Positions 13,442 through 25,700 are shown, counted from the first letter of the stretch. The stretch is 64,000 bases of DNA from Carcharhinus amblyrhynchos (GCA_965287045.1 OZ336876.1:62496001-62560000); one strand, 5' to 3'. A program made the numbers and translations. The notes: generated by a model from the sequence alone, not told the origin.

Positions 13442-14220
13442 TCTATTATCAAATAAATCGGTTGGACTAAAACCTGGTGTTGTCAGACTTTTTACTGTGT
13501 TTACACCAGTCCAACGCCGGCATACCCACATTGTGATCAGCTAACTCAGTGAAAACCTTGGATTTACCAACACCTCCAGCTCAGAATGGCTCAGTTATTC
13601 ATTGTGTAAATTTACTGGATCCAGTGAGACAATGCACGGAACAGGACTTTAATAAAACAATTCTGACAGCTCCTTTTCTGTGACTGACACGCTCAGCACC
13701 TCTTCTATATGTTCATCACCATCTCTGGATCTTGGTTGTGACATTGGATCTCTTCATTGACTTATCAAAGCGAAGGCATTTTACCTGATTAGCTGAACTG
13801 TACATTAATTATCTAGGTGCATGTATATGCTGAAAAAGAAAATGTATTTGTTACATGTGTTATGGATTAATACTTGTACTTGCATAGGTGCAATATTAGC
13901 ATGGGTTCAACCAGTGAAATAGAATGATGAAATGATGATAAGCTAATCACTGAGACAGTTAAAGGACTGTAAATTAAATCTTTCACTATATAGGCAATAA
14001 TCCTGAACATTTGGATGCATAACATGCATTCATTATACCTAACTGTATGCTGCAATGGGGTTTGACTCAATTTCTATATATTGATTGTGAGATTTAACAA
14101 CTGGCTGATCATTTGATCCAGCAGTGGAGAGCAGCATTTTCATGGAGTGCATCTTAGATTCTGCTGAGAACACCATGGCCGTGGTTTTCCCAAAGAAATC
14201 CAAAGTCCCCAGAAAAAAGC

Positions 14221-14388
14221 AGTAAGATTTATTTAGAACCACAGCTTTCGGAGCGCTGAATGATTCACCTGATGAAGGAGCAGCACTCCGAAAGCTCGTG
14301 ATTCCAAATAAACCTGTTGGACTTTAACCTGGTGTTGTGAGATTTCTTACTGTGCCCACCCCAGTCTAACACTGGCATTTCCATATCA
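14221..14388 (+). mobile_element. solo PLE pseudo-LTR with a short inverted 5' piece
   Basis: Shares aaataaacctgttggactttaacctggtgttgtgag…ccagtc with the other PLE ends; 14227-14257 is an inverted partial copy. Confidence 0.85.
14262..14304 (+). ncRNA. minimal type I hammerhead ribozyme
   Basis: UCAC-CUGAUGA-A-GGAG cagca CUCC-GAA-AGCU-C-GUGA. Confidence 0.8.
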
Positions 14389-14519
14389 GAAAGAAACAGA
14401 ATAAACAAGCTTTTACACCTTTGTGCTTGGTGTTTTGTTGCTCTCCCATAAAATTCACAGCAAGATGGTCCATATAATTCTGTGTATCCATACACATATA
14501 TCTGTAACTATTAGTACTG

Positions 14520-15040
14520 ACTGCACCAACCCCCTCCCACCCCCCGCCCATTCCCGCACCAGTCATTCACACTGGCTAGCCAATATTCCCTGGCTAGCCA
14601 ATTAATCCCCTTTACCACCTGACCAACCCCCTGACACTTCTGACTACTCTATGAATCCCCAACACACCTGACTGGTCTCCACCTTCCATGCCCCCGAGCA
14701 CCTGATTGCCCCATCAATCCAATTTGACCAGCCATCCAACCTGATCTGACTAATCCCCGACCCAACCCCACACCCTTTCAATCCAGCCTGGCCCAACTTC
14801 CCACAACCTACCTATCCACTCACCTACCTACCACCTTAACCACCCCCCACAACTACCCACCTGGCACTTCACTCATCTCACCTACCTAGCCACATGCCAC
14901 CCTATTCTCCTCACCCATCCTACCCACCTGCCATCCGATCCACCTCGCACATCTACCCACCTCACCCACCTACCATCCCACCCACCTGTCATCCTCACAA
15001 CTCTGTCACCCTACCCATCTACCACCCTATCACTTTACTC
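14520..15040. repeat. C-rich low-complexity tract (ccacc/ctacc units)
   Basis: Degenerate repeats of acccacct/ctacc; probably the interior of a non-autonomous DNA transposon. Confidence 0.6.
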
Positions 15041-15868
15041 ATTTAACTTACACATTTACCTTCCCTCTGTAGTTTTTGGGACATTTAAACTCTTTATTTA
15101 GAATATGACAGCTAGTGGTGTAAAAAGAGGATGTAGTTTCTACACAAATTCTCTGCAGATTTCCCACACTGAGTCGCATGTGAAAGGTCTTCGATTGGAA
15201 GATCACTCAGAAAAATTGGAGGAAGCTATGTGTGTATTCTTTCATCTGATCAGAGTCAGAAATAGGGGCCAAAATCTTGCACTCACCCCCTGGTGAATTC
15301 TGAGATGGGTAGGGGCGGAAGTGCAGGAGTGGGGTGGGGGGTGTTGTGGTGGTGGGGGCGGGGGGTGGAGAATATGAAGAGTGTGAAATTTCATGGAGGT
15401 GTTTCCCTCTGGGATCCCACTTGCACCAACTTGGTAGCCATTTTACAGTGGGGTGGGCAGGACCTCTGGCAGAAGACCATCTTTTCCCCAATTAAGGTCC
15501 TTAAGCAACCAGCCTCAATATTTAGGCTGATGAGTGGATGATGACTCAGGGGGTGATTTTTAGCAAGAAGGGAAAGGGAAGCCTCTATCAGATGTCCCCT
15601 TTCGCTTCAAGGTAGGTGCCCTCCTCTTGAGCCCAATGACCTCTGGACCTTTTTCACTCCCACCCCGCCCCCGCACCAGCTTACCCTCAAGACCCTGATC
15701 ACCCAGGAAACCTACCCTCCCCACCCAGAGGCGCCTGCCATTTACTTGTCCTTCAGTTCCCATCACTTATTTCCAGGCAGCTCCCTCTTCCGGCCAGTGC
15801 AGCGCTCTACCTGGAGGGAACGCAGAGCTACTGGCCAACCTGGCTGGCTGAGAACACACCAAAATGGG

Positions 15869-17049
15869 ACATAGAACATAGAACATTGTGCGGCACAATA
15901 GCACAGTGGTTAGCATTACTGCTTCACAGCTCCAGGGACCTGGGTTAGATTCCTGGCTCGGGTCACTGTCTGTGTGGAGTTTGCTCGTTCTCCTCGTGTC
16001 TGCGTGGGTTTCCTCCAGGTACTCCTGTTTCCTCCCACAGTCCAAAGATGTGTGGGTTAGGTTGATTGGCCATGCTAAAATTGCCCCTTACTGACCTGAG
16101 ATGCTTCGGTTAGAGGGATTAGCAGGTAAAATGTGTAGGGATATGGGGGTAGGGCCTCTCTGGGATTGTGGATGGTGCAGACTTGATGGGCCGAAGGGCC
16201 TCTTTCTGTACTGTAGGGTTCTATGATGATTCTATGATTACAGCGCAGTACAGGCCCTTCGGCCTTCGATGTTGCGCTGACCTGTGAAACCAATCTCACG
16301 CCCGTCTAACCTACACTATACCAATATCATCAATATGTTTATCCAATGACCATTTAAATGCCCTTAATGTTGACGAGTCCACTACAGTTGCAGGCAGGGC
16401 ATTGCATGCTCTTATTACTCTCTGAGTAAAGAACCTACATCTGATATCTGTCCTATATCTATCACCACTCAATTTAAAGCTATGTCCCCTTGTGCTAGCC
16501 ATCTCCATCCGAGGAAAAAGGCTCTCACTGTCCACCTTATCGAATCTTCTGATCATCTTATATGCCTCTATTAATTCACCTCTTAACCTTCTTCTCTCTA
16601 ATGAAAACAGCCTCAAGTTTCTAAGCCTTTCCTCATAAGACCTTCCCACCATATCAGGCAACATCCTGGTAAACCTCCTCTGCATCCTTTCCAATGCTTC
16701 CACATTCTTCCTATAGTGTGGTGACCAGAACTGTACACAATCCTCCAAGTGTGGCCACACTAGAGTTTTGAACAGCTGAGCTTATAGTTCATCTGCACCA
16801 AAACTCCATTTAGCCACCTTTGCCTCACATTCCTTAATATGCTTGGTTAACCAATAGCTACTCTCAGTTCAATAATTGATCAATTGCCATTTGTATAAGA
16901 GCATTTCAAACATCAACCGTACTGTGTGCAGAAGAACCTCTTGGCTCTGAAACTCAATCCCTCTACCAATAAAAGCTAACACACTGTATGCCTTCTTAAC
17001 AACCCTATCAACCTGGGTGCCAACTTTCAGGGATCTATGCACATGGAAC
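15869..17049 (-). mobile_element. CR1 LINE 3' fragment containing a SINE and a foreign insert
   Basis: ORF 16311-16760 (PHLEDCVQFWSPHYRK…LFSLERRRLRG…TRGHSFKL…FFTQRV); (atagaac)n tail at 15870-15886. Confidence 0.9.
15888..16239 (+). mobile_element. full-length HE1-type V-SINE inserted into the CR1 tail
   Basis: A box (tagcacagtggttagc), B-box-like ggttagattcc, V-domain and tctatga tail; CR1 tail sequence resumes at ~16240. Confidence 0.92.
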
Positions 17050-17401
17050 TTCCTCCTGTGTGGAGTGGAGGTCCCACCTTATGCTAATCAATGCTTATTG
17101 GAATGTGAAATTGAACCACGGCTGCTGAACTGGGCAGGGATATATCCCCCCACTGACATTTCAGCATCCTTGCCTACATGAAGATTTATGCCAGCATATC
17201 TGATTGTGGGCCCCTAATCAAAGTAGCCTTCACTGTTAGTATCAATTAGAAATAGATGTTCAAAGCTATGACTGAAAGTATATTAAGCTTTTATTGAAAT
17301 TTATTCAGAGTTAATATTGATGAACTATTTTGCACGTGGGTATCTTAGAAGTGCCTCAGTAAAGACATGAAAAATCGATTTATCTCAATTATATTTTTCA
17401 G

Positions 17402-17446
17402 TTATGGCTGAGTTTCCATTGGTATGGCATTGGTGGTTGGCTCTAG
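17402..17446 (+). CDS. TMEM244: TMEM244 coding exon (45 nt, phase 1-1)
   Basis: Acceptor atttttcAG (17400-17401), donor GTaag (17447). Encodes (V)MAEFPLVWHWWLAL(G), matching TMEM244 VMLEFPLTSHWWAALG; phase fits the previous exon. Confidence 0.95.
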   Translation, partial: LWLSFHWYGIGGWL

Positions 17447-17555
17447 GTAAGATTTTCAATTTAAATACAAATATTGTTCCAGCTATAATATGATATTAGT
17501 AAATCTTTCAATTTGCTTTGTCATCCTGGCATCCTTGTCCAAAAGTGATATTTCC

Positions 17556-17838
17556 TGCCAGGGACCCAGATTCAATTCCAGCCTTGGGTGATTGTTTGTG
17601 TGGAGTTTACACATTCTCCCTGTGTCTGTGTGGGTTTTTTCTAGGTGCTCTGGTTTCCCCCCACAGTCCAAAGATGTGCAGGTTAGGTTGATTAGCCATG
17701 CTAAATTGCCGCTAATATCAGGGGGATTGGCAGGGTAAACACATGGAATTATGGGGATAGGGCCTGGGGTGGGATTGTTGTTGGTGCAGGCTCGATGGAC
17801 TAAATAGCCTCCTTCTGCACTGTGGGGATCCTATGAAT
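17556..17838 (+). mobile_element. HE1-type SINE, slightly 5'-truncated
   Basis: gccagggacccag…V-domain…ctccttctgcactgtggggatcctatga. Confidence 0.88.
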
Positions 17839-17956
17839 CCAAAGGTACAGCTCTGCACATAGCACACAGGCATTAAGATGTTTTCTCACTGGGCTGAACT
17901 CCTGGAACTTTTTGAGTTGGCCAATAAATATCTTATTATCTTGTGGTTCTCAGCCC

Positions 17957-18052
17957 AGTAAGAATCCTCATAACACCAGGTTAAAGTCCAACAGGTTTAT
18001 TTGGTAGCAAATGCCACTAGCATTCGGAGCGCTGCTCGTTCGTCAGGTGAAT
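17957..18052 (-). mobile_element. PLE pseudo-LTR fragment with mutated hammerhead
   Basis: Reverse complement tcacCTGACGAacgagcagcgctccGAATgctagtgg…aaataaacctgttggactttaacctggtgtt; GAAA mutated to GAAT. Confidence 0.8.
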
Positions 18053-18454
18053 CAGCCATTCTCAGCCCTGTCAGGGCATAATAATTGTTAAAATTTAAAG
18101 GGATATCCCCACTTGTAGGTAAGTGAACATATAGAGAGGGAAAAGTTTTTTTATCAAGGCTGTCAGTATTTCAAAAGTATATTTTATTTTTTCCAAGAGG
18201 CAAAAAACTGTATGTTTTTAATTATTGAGCCTTGTAATGGAAAAGCCATCACCTTAGATTACAAAGCAGAGGTTCTGTTGCATCTGTTGGATGCGAAGAA
18301 AGTTGCTTCACTTGACAATCCTGGCATCCCTTTTCAAGCATTTAACTAGCCTGGCAGAGTGTGACAGTTAGATCCAATACCGTATTAACTTCCTGCATCA
18401 CTTGAGAACAAATACAAAAGAATCTTAAGAAAGATGCCAAAATATGATTTTTAA

Positions 18455-19090
18455 AAATGCACTTACAGGATATGGGTGGGCATCACTGGCTAGGCCAGCA
18501 TTTATTGCCAATCCCTAATTCCCCCTCCAGAAGATGGTGGCAAGCAACCTTCTCGAACGACTGCAGTCCCTGGGGCGTAGGTACACTCATAGCGCCGTTA
18601 GGAAAGAAATTCAGGATTTGAACCCATCAACAGTGAAGGAACATTGCTACATTTCTAAGATGGGATGGTGAATTACTTGGAAGGGAAACTCCAGATGGTG
18701 GTGTTTCCAAATCTCTGCTGTCCTTGTCCTTCTGGATAGTCATGATCTTATGTTTGGAAGGTGCTGCCTGAGTAACCTTGGTAAGTTCTTGCAGTGCATC
18801 TTGTAGATGGTACACACTACTGCCACTATTTGTCGGTGGCAGAGAGATTTAATGTTTGTGGAAGGGGTAGCAATTTAGTAGATTGCTTTGTCCTGGACAG
18901 TGTTGAGCTTTTTGAGTGTTGTTGGAATTGAACTCATCCAGCCAAGCAGCAAGTATTCCATTATGCTCCTGGCTTGTGACTTGTAAATGGAGGACAGGCT
19001 TTGAGGGGGATCAGGAGGATTCCTAACCTTCAACCTGCTCTGATAGCCACTGTATTTTTCTGGCTAGTCCAGTTCAATTTCTGGTCAATG
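18455..19090 (-). mobile_element. old CR1/L2-group LINE 3' end
   Basis: Tail ggccagcatttattgcc…ccctaatt plus degenerate ORF2 C-terminus; same tail recurs near 43770, 59445 and 61390. Confidence 0.7.
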
Positions 19091-20744
19091 GTAACCCCCA
19101 GGATGTTGAAACCACTTAGCACCTTAGAAATCTCTTCTATTGAATCATAAATAGGGAACAAGGATAGCATCCTTCATTGGCGTCTGCTTTCTTCCAATAA
19201 TTAAACTCTAACCTGAAAAATAAAAAGATTCATCAAAATACATGAAAACTAGCAAAAATCCTGTTGAGTTTAACAAATCATTTGATAACCTGATTAAACA
19301 TATAAGTCTATAAGACATAGTAGTAAGCCATTTGGCCCATTGAGTCTGCTCTGCCATTCAGTGAGATCATGACTGAACTAATCTGATAATCCTCAACTCT
19401 ACTTTCCCTCCTTATATTCTGCAGTTGTGACATCGTAATTCACAGAAATTGCTCATTTTAGTACAACGGCAAAAGCACTTGTTATGCAACAGCCATAATA
19501 ATGGAGTCAACAAATCAAAACTTATAAATATATAAAGTTAACCTGTATTAAAAATAAACAATATAATTAAAAACTCCAGTTGGCACTGCCAATGATTATT
19601 TAAACAAGGTATAATAATTTACAAACATCCAAGGAAAAACTGTGATAGGAAAGGACATTTGTAAAATAACTAAAGCACTGAAGTGTTTAAATTTAAGCGA
19701 TAAAGGAACTAGAATGCTAGAACAAAATAGTTTTGCAGCAAAACCAGTCAAATATAAGTACAAACATGAACTATTGGACTCTGCCTGCCATTGCTTGTGT
19801 AATGTTGATAATTCTTTTGTGGTGTGTTGGGGGTGGGGGAGATTGGAATCAAAAAAAAAGAACCTTCACTCATGTAGTTGATATTGAAAAAGATGGGTAA
19901 ATGTCTATGATTTGGCAGCTGGATGGAAAAAGCAATGATTATTACTAGCAGATCTCTGGTAATATCAAAATCAGCTAGAAGAGCATAACAGGGAAAGTGT
20001 GATTGCGAGAGTGTTACAAGAAGCAAGTAAGGTGCAAAGAGTGTGTGATACACATAAGAGTTTAGTATTATTGTGCTGACAATAGAAAATCTCAGTGTCA
20101 CACATGATAAGTAAGACAAAATAACCTTAGAACTGAGTCAGAAGAAGTATGGACTAGGAAGTAACTAGGGGCACATTTATTTATTATTTTGCAGCAAAAA
20201 AATATTTTTTTTAATTTACAATTTAAATTTTAAAATTTCAATTTGTTTCTTGTACTTTCCTTAAACTGATTTCCTGCCCCAAAAACTGCATGCAGCAGAT
20301 GAGACTTTTGGTTTAAGAGCAGCCAAGGAGATTACAGCAGCTCTATCGATGGGCTCAAGTCTACAACTACAATATGATGCCATGTTGGCATGTAACTTTT
20401 TATTTTAAATGTTGGCTTGAAAGTGTGACATAAAACGATGCTTACGTGCAAAATAATTTGACTGGCTTTCTTCCCTTTAGAGAGACTGGGCATGTAGAAT
20501 ATGCTTGAAGTGGACTAAGCCTGTCCATGCCACTTTGGCTATGACTCACTGCTGGTCTATCAGCCAGCTCCTCACTTCCCCACGATCCCTTGCTACATAA
20601 ACATCAAAATCACCCCTTTATTACTATTTAAAGTAATATTCACATAGCTATGAAGTGCAAAAACTAAAAAAATTAGTGACTTTTGTGTTAAAATGTTAAA
20701 TGTTCAATAGGAAGTTAATTTACTTTTTTTTCTATGTTCTTACA

Positions 20745-21055
20745 CAGGATGAGGGTGTCACAGGCAAGGCCAGAATTTGTTGCCTATCTCTAATTGCCCT
20801 CAAACTGAGTGGCTTATTATGTCATTTCTGAGGGTAGTTAAGAGTCAGCCTGTGAGTGTGGAGTCACATGTAGGCTAGACTGGGCAAGGATAGCAAATTT
20901 TCTTCCCTTAAGGGCTTTAATGGTAGCTGTTATGGCCACCATCACTGATTTTTTTTGCCCGAATTTAAATTCCACCAGCTGCTTTGAGTGCCGCTATAGT
21001 GTTAGACTGGACCTGCAGATTACCAGTCCAGTGGTATTATCACTATACCACAATC
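20745..21055 (-). mobile_element. tRNA-derived SINE sharing its tail with the 18455-19090 LINE family
   Basis: Minus-strand head tggtatagtgataataccactggactggtaat…; body and tail are similar to the + strand copy at 47365-47555. Confidence 0.6.
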
Positions 21056-21369
21056 ACCCCTTTTCCATAAACAGGATAGATGAGAGCTGAATAGTACCAT
21101 CTTGTGGTGTAGTTATGTAATGTTTATTGTGAAGCTGTAGTTACTGTGAATTGTAGACAGATTTTAAGAATTGAAATACTTATTTTTGCTTACTGTTTTA
21201 TTTCTGTTCTTTAAAGTATATTTTGAAACGTTTGCATCAGGTTTTATTTTTAAGAAATTTTACAGTTGAGATGTTCTTCATGTTCATTAAGGAGCATTTC
21301 TCCAATAAAGGGGATTTACAATCGTAGCCCATGAAGAAAACCTCAGTTCATTATGTTGATAACACAAAA

Positions 21370-22035
21370 GGGGGGATAGTCTCCTAGTCTGAGGATAGGT
21401 TCAATGGCGATGCAGGAACATAGAGTGTTCCCCACTGCGGAGTTGTGCCAAATCTTCTGACCTCATTAATTGTGAAATTGGATGTTTTGCGCAATACTCT
21501 GTAGCAAAACACCTGATGGCATGTAGTCTGCCATCTTATCTGGGCACCCCATAGAAAAGGTGGCCAATAGTGACTCACTATTGAAGAAAGAAGACTCCTG
21601 AAAATGACGTTTGGTCTCCAAGAGCACTCTGAGGCTGGAAGATGGACTCCTCTAGGACACTGAATCAGGATAGTCCACCTGCAAGTGTTCTCCCCACCCG
21701 CTATTGTGGTGTTCCACGGTCTAAGGTTGCCTGCTGCCTCCACCCTTGACATCTGCATACCATGTTGTTCCAGGTATGTTTTTGTGCTAGCGTGTATTAC
21801 TGACACTGCGGAGAATCAGGTGTGGGTGGTTGAGTTTTCATCTACATCCCGTTAACAGGATGCAAATAGGTTTTGTGCCAGCCTCCAGTGAGTTTCCCGA
21901 TTCACCATGACAGGCACAAGCAGAAGATACTGTGAGAAATTCACACAGAATAAAACCAATTTTAGAGTCTTTTGACAAATACTTACCCCACCCTCCGCTC
22001 ACCAGTGAATGGATGGAGCATGGGAGAATTCCACC
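21370..22035. mobile_element. possible non-autonomous Harbinger-type element with unidentified interior
   Basis: Left end gggggatagtctcc; right end ggagaattccacc (reverse complement ggtggaattctcc). Confidence 0.4.
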
Positions 22036-22141
22036 ATAGCCTGACCTCCAACTTCAAAAAAGCAAAACAATTTCTTCATCAAAGAAAGAGCACATTGTAA
22101 CGCTACTATACTTAATTATGAACTTCTCCCTCCTTTGGAGC

Positions 22142-23540
22142 CACAGAATCACAGATTATTACAGTGCAGCAGAAGCTCTTCAGCCCATCGAGTCTGCACC
22201 GAAGTATGAAATGCCCTGACCTGCCCATCTAATCCCTCTTGCCAGCATTTGGTCCATAGCCTTGAATGTTATGGCGTGTCAAGTGCTCAACCACCCACAC
22301 CTGATTCTCCGCAGTGTCAGTGATACACGCTGGCACAAAAACATACCTGGAACAACATGGTGTGCAGATGCAAGGATGGAGGCGGCAGGCAACCTTGGAT
22401 CGTGGAACACCACAATAGCGGGTGAGGAGAACACCTGCAGGTGGACTATCCAGATTGTAAAGGATGTGAGGCATCCTGCCTCCACCACCCTCCCAGGCAG
22501 TGCATTCTAGACCATCGCTGCCTTCTGAGTAAAATAGTTTCTCCTCAAATCCCCCAAAACCTCCCACTCCTCAGTTTTAACTTGTGTCTCCTTGTAACTG
22601 ACCCTTCAATTAACAGCAGCTTCCTATCCATCCTGTCCATGCCCTTCATAATCTTGAACATTTCAATCAGGTCGCCCCTCAGTCTTCTCTGCTCCAGTGA
22701 AAACAACCCAAGCCTATCCAACTGTTCTTCATAAATTAAATGTTCCAACCCAGGCAGCATCCTGGTAAATCTCCACTGCACCACCTCCAGTGCTTTCACA
22801 TCCTTCCTCAAATGTGGCAACCAGGACTGTACACAGTTTTCCTGCTGTGGCCTCACCAAACTTGTATACAACCCATCATGACCCCTCTGCTTTTGTTATC
22901 AATACCCCGATTGATAAATGCAAGAGTGCCATATGCTTTTTCACCACCTTATTAACCTGCCTTTCTGCCTTCAGCAATCAATGAACAAACACTCCAAGGT
23001 GCCTCTTTCTTCAGAACTTCCCAGTGTCAGACCTTTCACAGTATATTTCCTTGTCAAATTACTCCTTCCAAAGCGCATCACCTCACATTTTTCAGGGTTA
23101 AATTCCACCTGCCATTTATTCGCCCATTTGATCATCTCATCTGTATTTTCCTTTAACCCAAAATACTCAGCCTCACTGTTAGTCACCCAGTCAATCTTTG
23201 TATCATCGGTAAACTTACTATTCATACCCCCAAAATAGTCATCTTTGTCATTTATATAAATGACGAACAATAGGGGGCCCAGCACAGACCCCAGTGGTTC
23301 GCCACTGGGCATTGGCGTCCACTCACTAAAACAATCATCTGTCATCGCCCTCCAACTCCTACTGTCAAGCCAATTATGAATTCACCTTATCAGATCACCC
23401 TGTATCCCACGTGCATTCGCCTTCTCAATAAGCCTCTCATGTTCGACTTTGCTAAAGGCTTTGCTGAAATCCATGTAAACTACATCAACCACACTATCCT
23501 CATCCACACACTTCATTACGTGCTCAAAAAATTCAATCAC
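22142..23540 (-). mobile_element. degraded CR1 LINE (RT to 3' tail)
   Basis: ORFs 22971-23345 (GSVLGPLLFVIYIND…SKFTDDTK…WQVEFNPEKC) and 22545-22871 (LVRPQQENCVQSW…LFSLEQRRLRGDL). Confidence 0.92.
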
Positions 23541-24384
23541 TTAGTCATATTATGGTACGTTGTTCTGACTATCAACAGCCACCCAGTTCCTTGCGCATTC
23601 TTCTGAAGTGACAATGGCTGTTGACAGGTAATTCAACTACAGGGGATAGCACAGCTCAATCCAATGCTATTCTCAGTCAGCATCCACACATGTACAAATG
23701 GACTCACTGAATTGTGATCAATGGAAGTCTCAGCTAATTCTCCCTCATTGTTACAGAGACACCCGGAGCCAAACACAGCACAGCTACCACTTCCCAAACC
23801 AATATTAACTAACTGAACAAATGCCAGTGGTCACTTCTAGGGCTTTCATTGTAAGACCCAACACTCCATAATACACCTCTGTGGATAAAGTTGCTATTTA
23901 ACTTCATGGAATGGCTGGAAAATTGCTCAGGAAATAGAGATAGTGAATTGATAAAAAATGGAAATCCATGGATAGGGGGAACTGAATCCCCATTAATGAG
24001 ATCTGAGATACTTGACTCTCTCTGCTTCCCCCTCTCACTCACACATATGAGCTGGGCGAGGGAATAAAAGGTAATGTGTTCCTCTTTACTCAGGACATAG
24101 ATATATTGATCTGTGAAAAAGAGAACTGAAATCTCGCAGTGAACGTAGATAAATTATGTGAATGAACAGAATTATGACAATTGCAGTTTCATGTAACAGG
24201 TGCAAGGCTGTAAACTTTATTCATAAATTCAGAACTAGGACTGCTCAATGACATTTCCATAGCTTTCAACTCTACTTGTGACTACTCTGGTCATAGCATA
24301 GGTCATGACAGCCTATAGTAGAACTTGGACAATTTACAGACTTTGTTTGTATGATGACTTCTGCCGCTGCTACCACTACTATAC

Positions 24385-25700
24385 CTACTGCAACTTGTAT
24401 TTCTGTTGTGTATTTATGTAATAAGATGCCCCAAGGTGCTTCACAGGATCGTTAGAATACTAAATATGACACCAAGCCACATGGAGAAATTAAGTCAGAT
24501 AACAAAGGCTTAAACAAAGAGATAGGTGTTAATGAGTTTCTTAAAAGACCCAAGTGAGGTAAGGATGTGGATAGGTGTAAAGAGGGTTTTCTAGCGCTTC
24601 TAGGCAACTGAAGGCATGGCCACCAGTAGTGGGGTGACTAAAATCTAGGATGCTTCTAGAGGTCCTAATTGAAGGAAAGCAGGCATCTCAGAGGATCGTG
24701 AGGCTGGAGGGGATTACAGAGGTAAGGAAGAGATTTAAAAACGAGGTGAACATTTTATAATCTCAAGTTGTTTGAGTAGGAGCCAATGGACATCAGAGTG
24801 CACTGGGGGTTGCAGAACAGAACTTTGATGAAACTAAGATGTGGCTTTTGGATGACCTCAAGTTTACAGAAGGTACCAGGAGTCTGTTGGAATAGTTGTA
24901 TCACAAGGTAACAAAGGCACAAATGAGGGTTTCATCAGCAAAGGAGCAGAGACAGGCAAAGTTGGGTCATGTTACAGAGGTGGAAAAAGCAGTCTTAGTA
25001 ATGGTATAAATATGACATTGGAAGATCATCTCCAGCTCACATGTTGCAAACAGTCTCGCTTAATCTCAAGCTGTTAACACAAAGGTGGGTGGAGTCAGTA
25101 GCCGTGAGAAAGAGTTTGGAGTGGAGACTGAAAACAATGGTTTTACTTTTAACTATATATAATTGAGAGTAATTTCTAGTCATCCAATACTGGGTGATGG
25201 ATAATGAGTGGCTTAAAGGAGCCAAATGAGGTAAGCATGTGGAGAGGTGTAAGGAGGGCATTCTGAGCATAGAGTCTAGGCATCTGAAGGCATGGCCACC
25301 TGTGGGTCTGATAATTTAGCAGCAGCAGAGGAGACGAGGGAGGTGTTGGAGAAGTAGAGCTGGGTATTGTCAGTGTACATGTGAAAACTAACACTGTGCT
25401 TTTGGATGATGCCACTTAAGATCAGCATGAAGATGAGAAATAGGAGTGGGCCGAGGATAGATCCTTGAGGAAAACAAGTGGATGTAGTGGGGAGCTGAAA
25501 GAGAAGCCATTGCAAGTGATTCCCTGGGTATGGTTGGATAGGTAAAAGTGGAATTAGGTAAGTACAATCCCACCCAGCTGAACAACAGTTAAGAGGCATT
25601 TGAGGAGGATGGTGTGGTCAGCCATATTAAATGCTGCAGACAGGTCAAGCAGGATGAGGAGGGAAGTTTACCTTTGTCACATAGGATGTCATTTTGTAGA
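24385..25700 (-). mobile_element. old L2-clade LINE
   Basis: ORF 25276-25599 PQGSILGPLLFLIFM…FHMYTDNTQLY (L2 YADD region); L2-type tail near 24390-24447. Confidence 0.8.

Larger units (their letters stand above)
12957..13531. mobile_element. Penelope-like element remnant with inverted pseudo-LTRs
   Basis: Inverted arms 12957-13114 and 13338-13495 (3 mismatches in 158 bp); spacer encodes the GIY-YIG C-terminus on the minus strand (QRLIAKFRTHEDGLNRDLGFMSHYL*); 13-bp TSD TGTGATCAGCTAA at 12944-12956 and 13532-13544. Confidence 0.92.
15265..17192. mobile_element. Harbinger-type MITE (15265-15868 and 17050-17192) interrupted by a CR1
   Basis: Start gggccaaaatctt, end aagatttatgcc; interior resembles the MITE at 42063-42870 (cttac…ctggccaac…aatca motifs). 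Confidence 0.5.

Noticed and set aside
15888-15960. tRNA genes at SINE heads
   Set aside because: A/B-box-like motifs belong to tRNA-derived SINEs; no cloverleaf, and they run into the V-domain.
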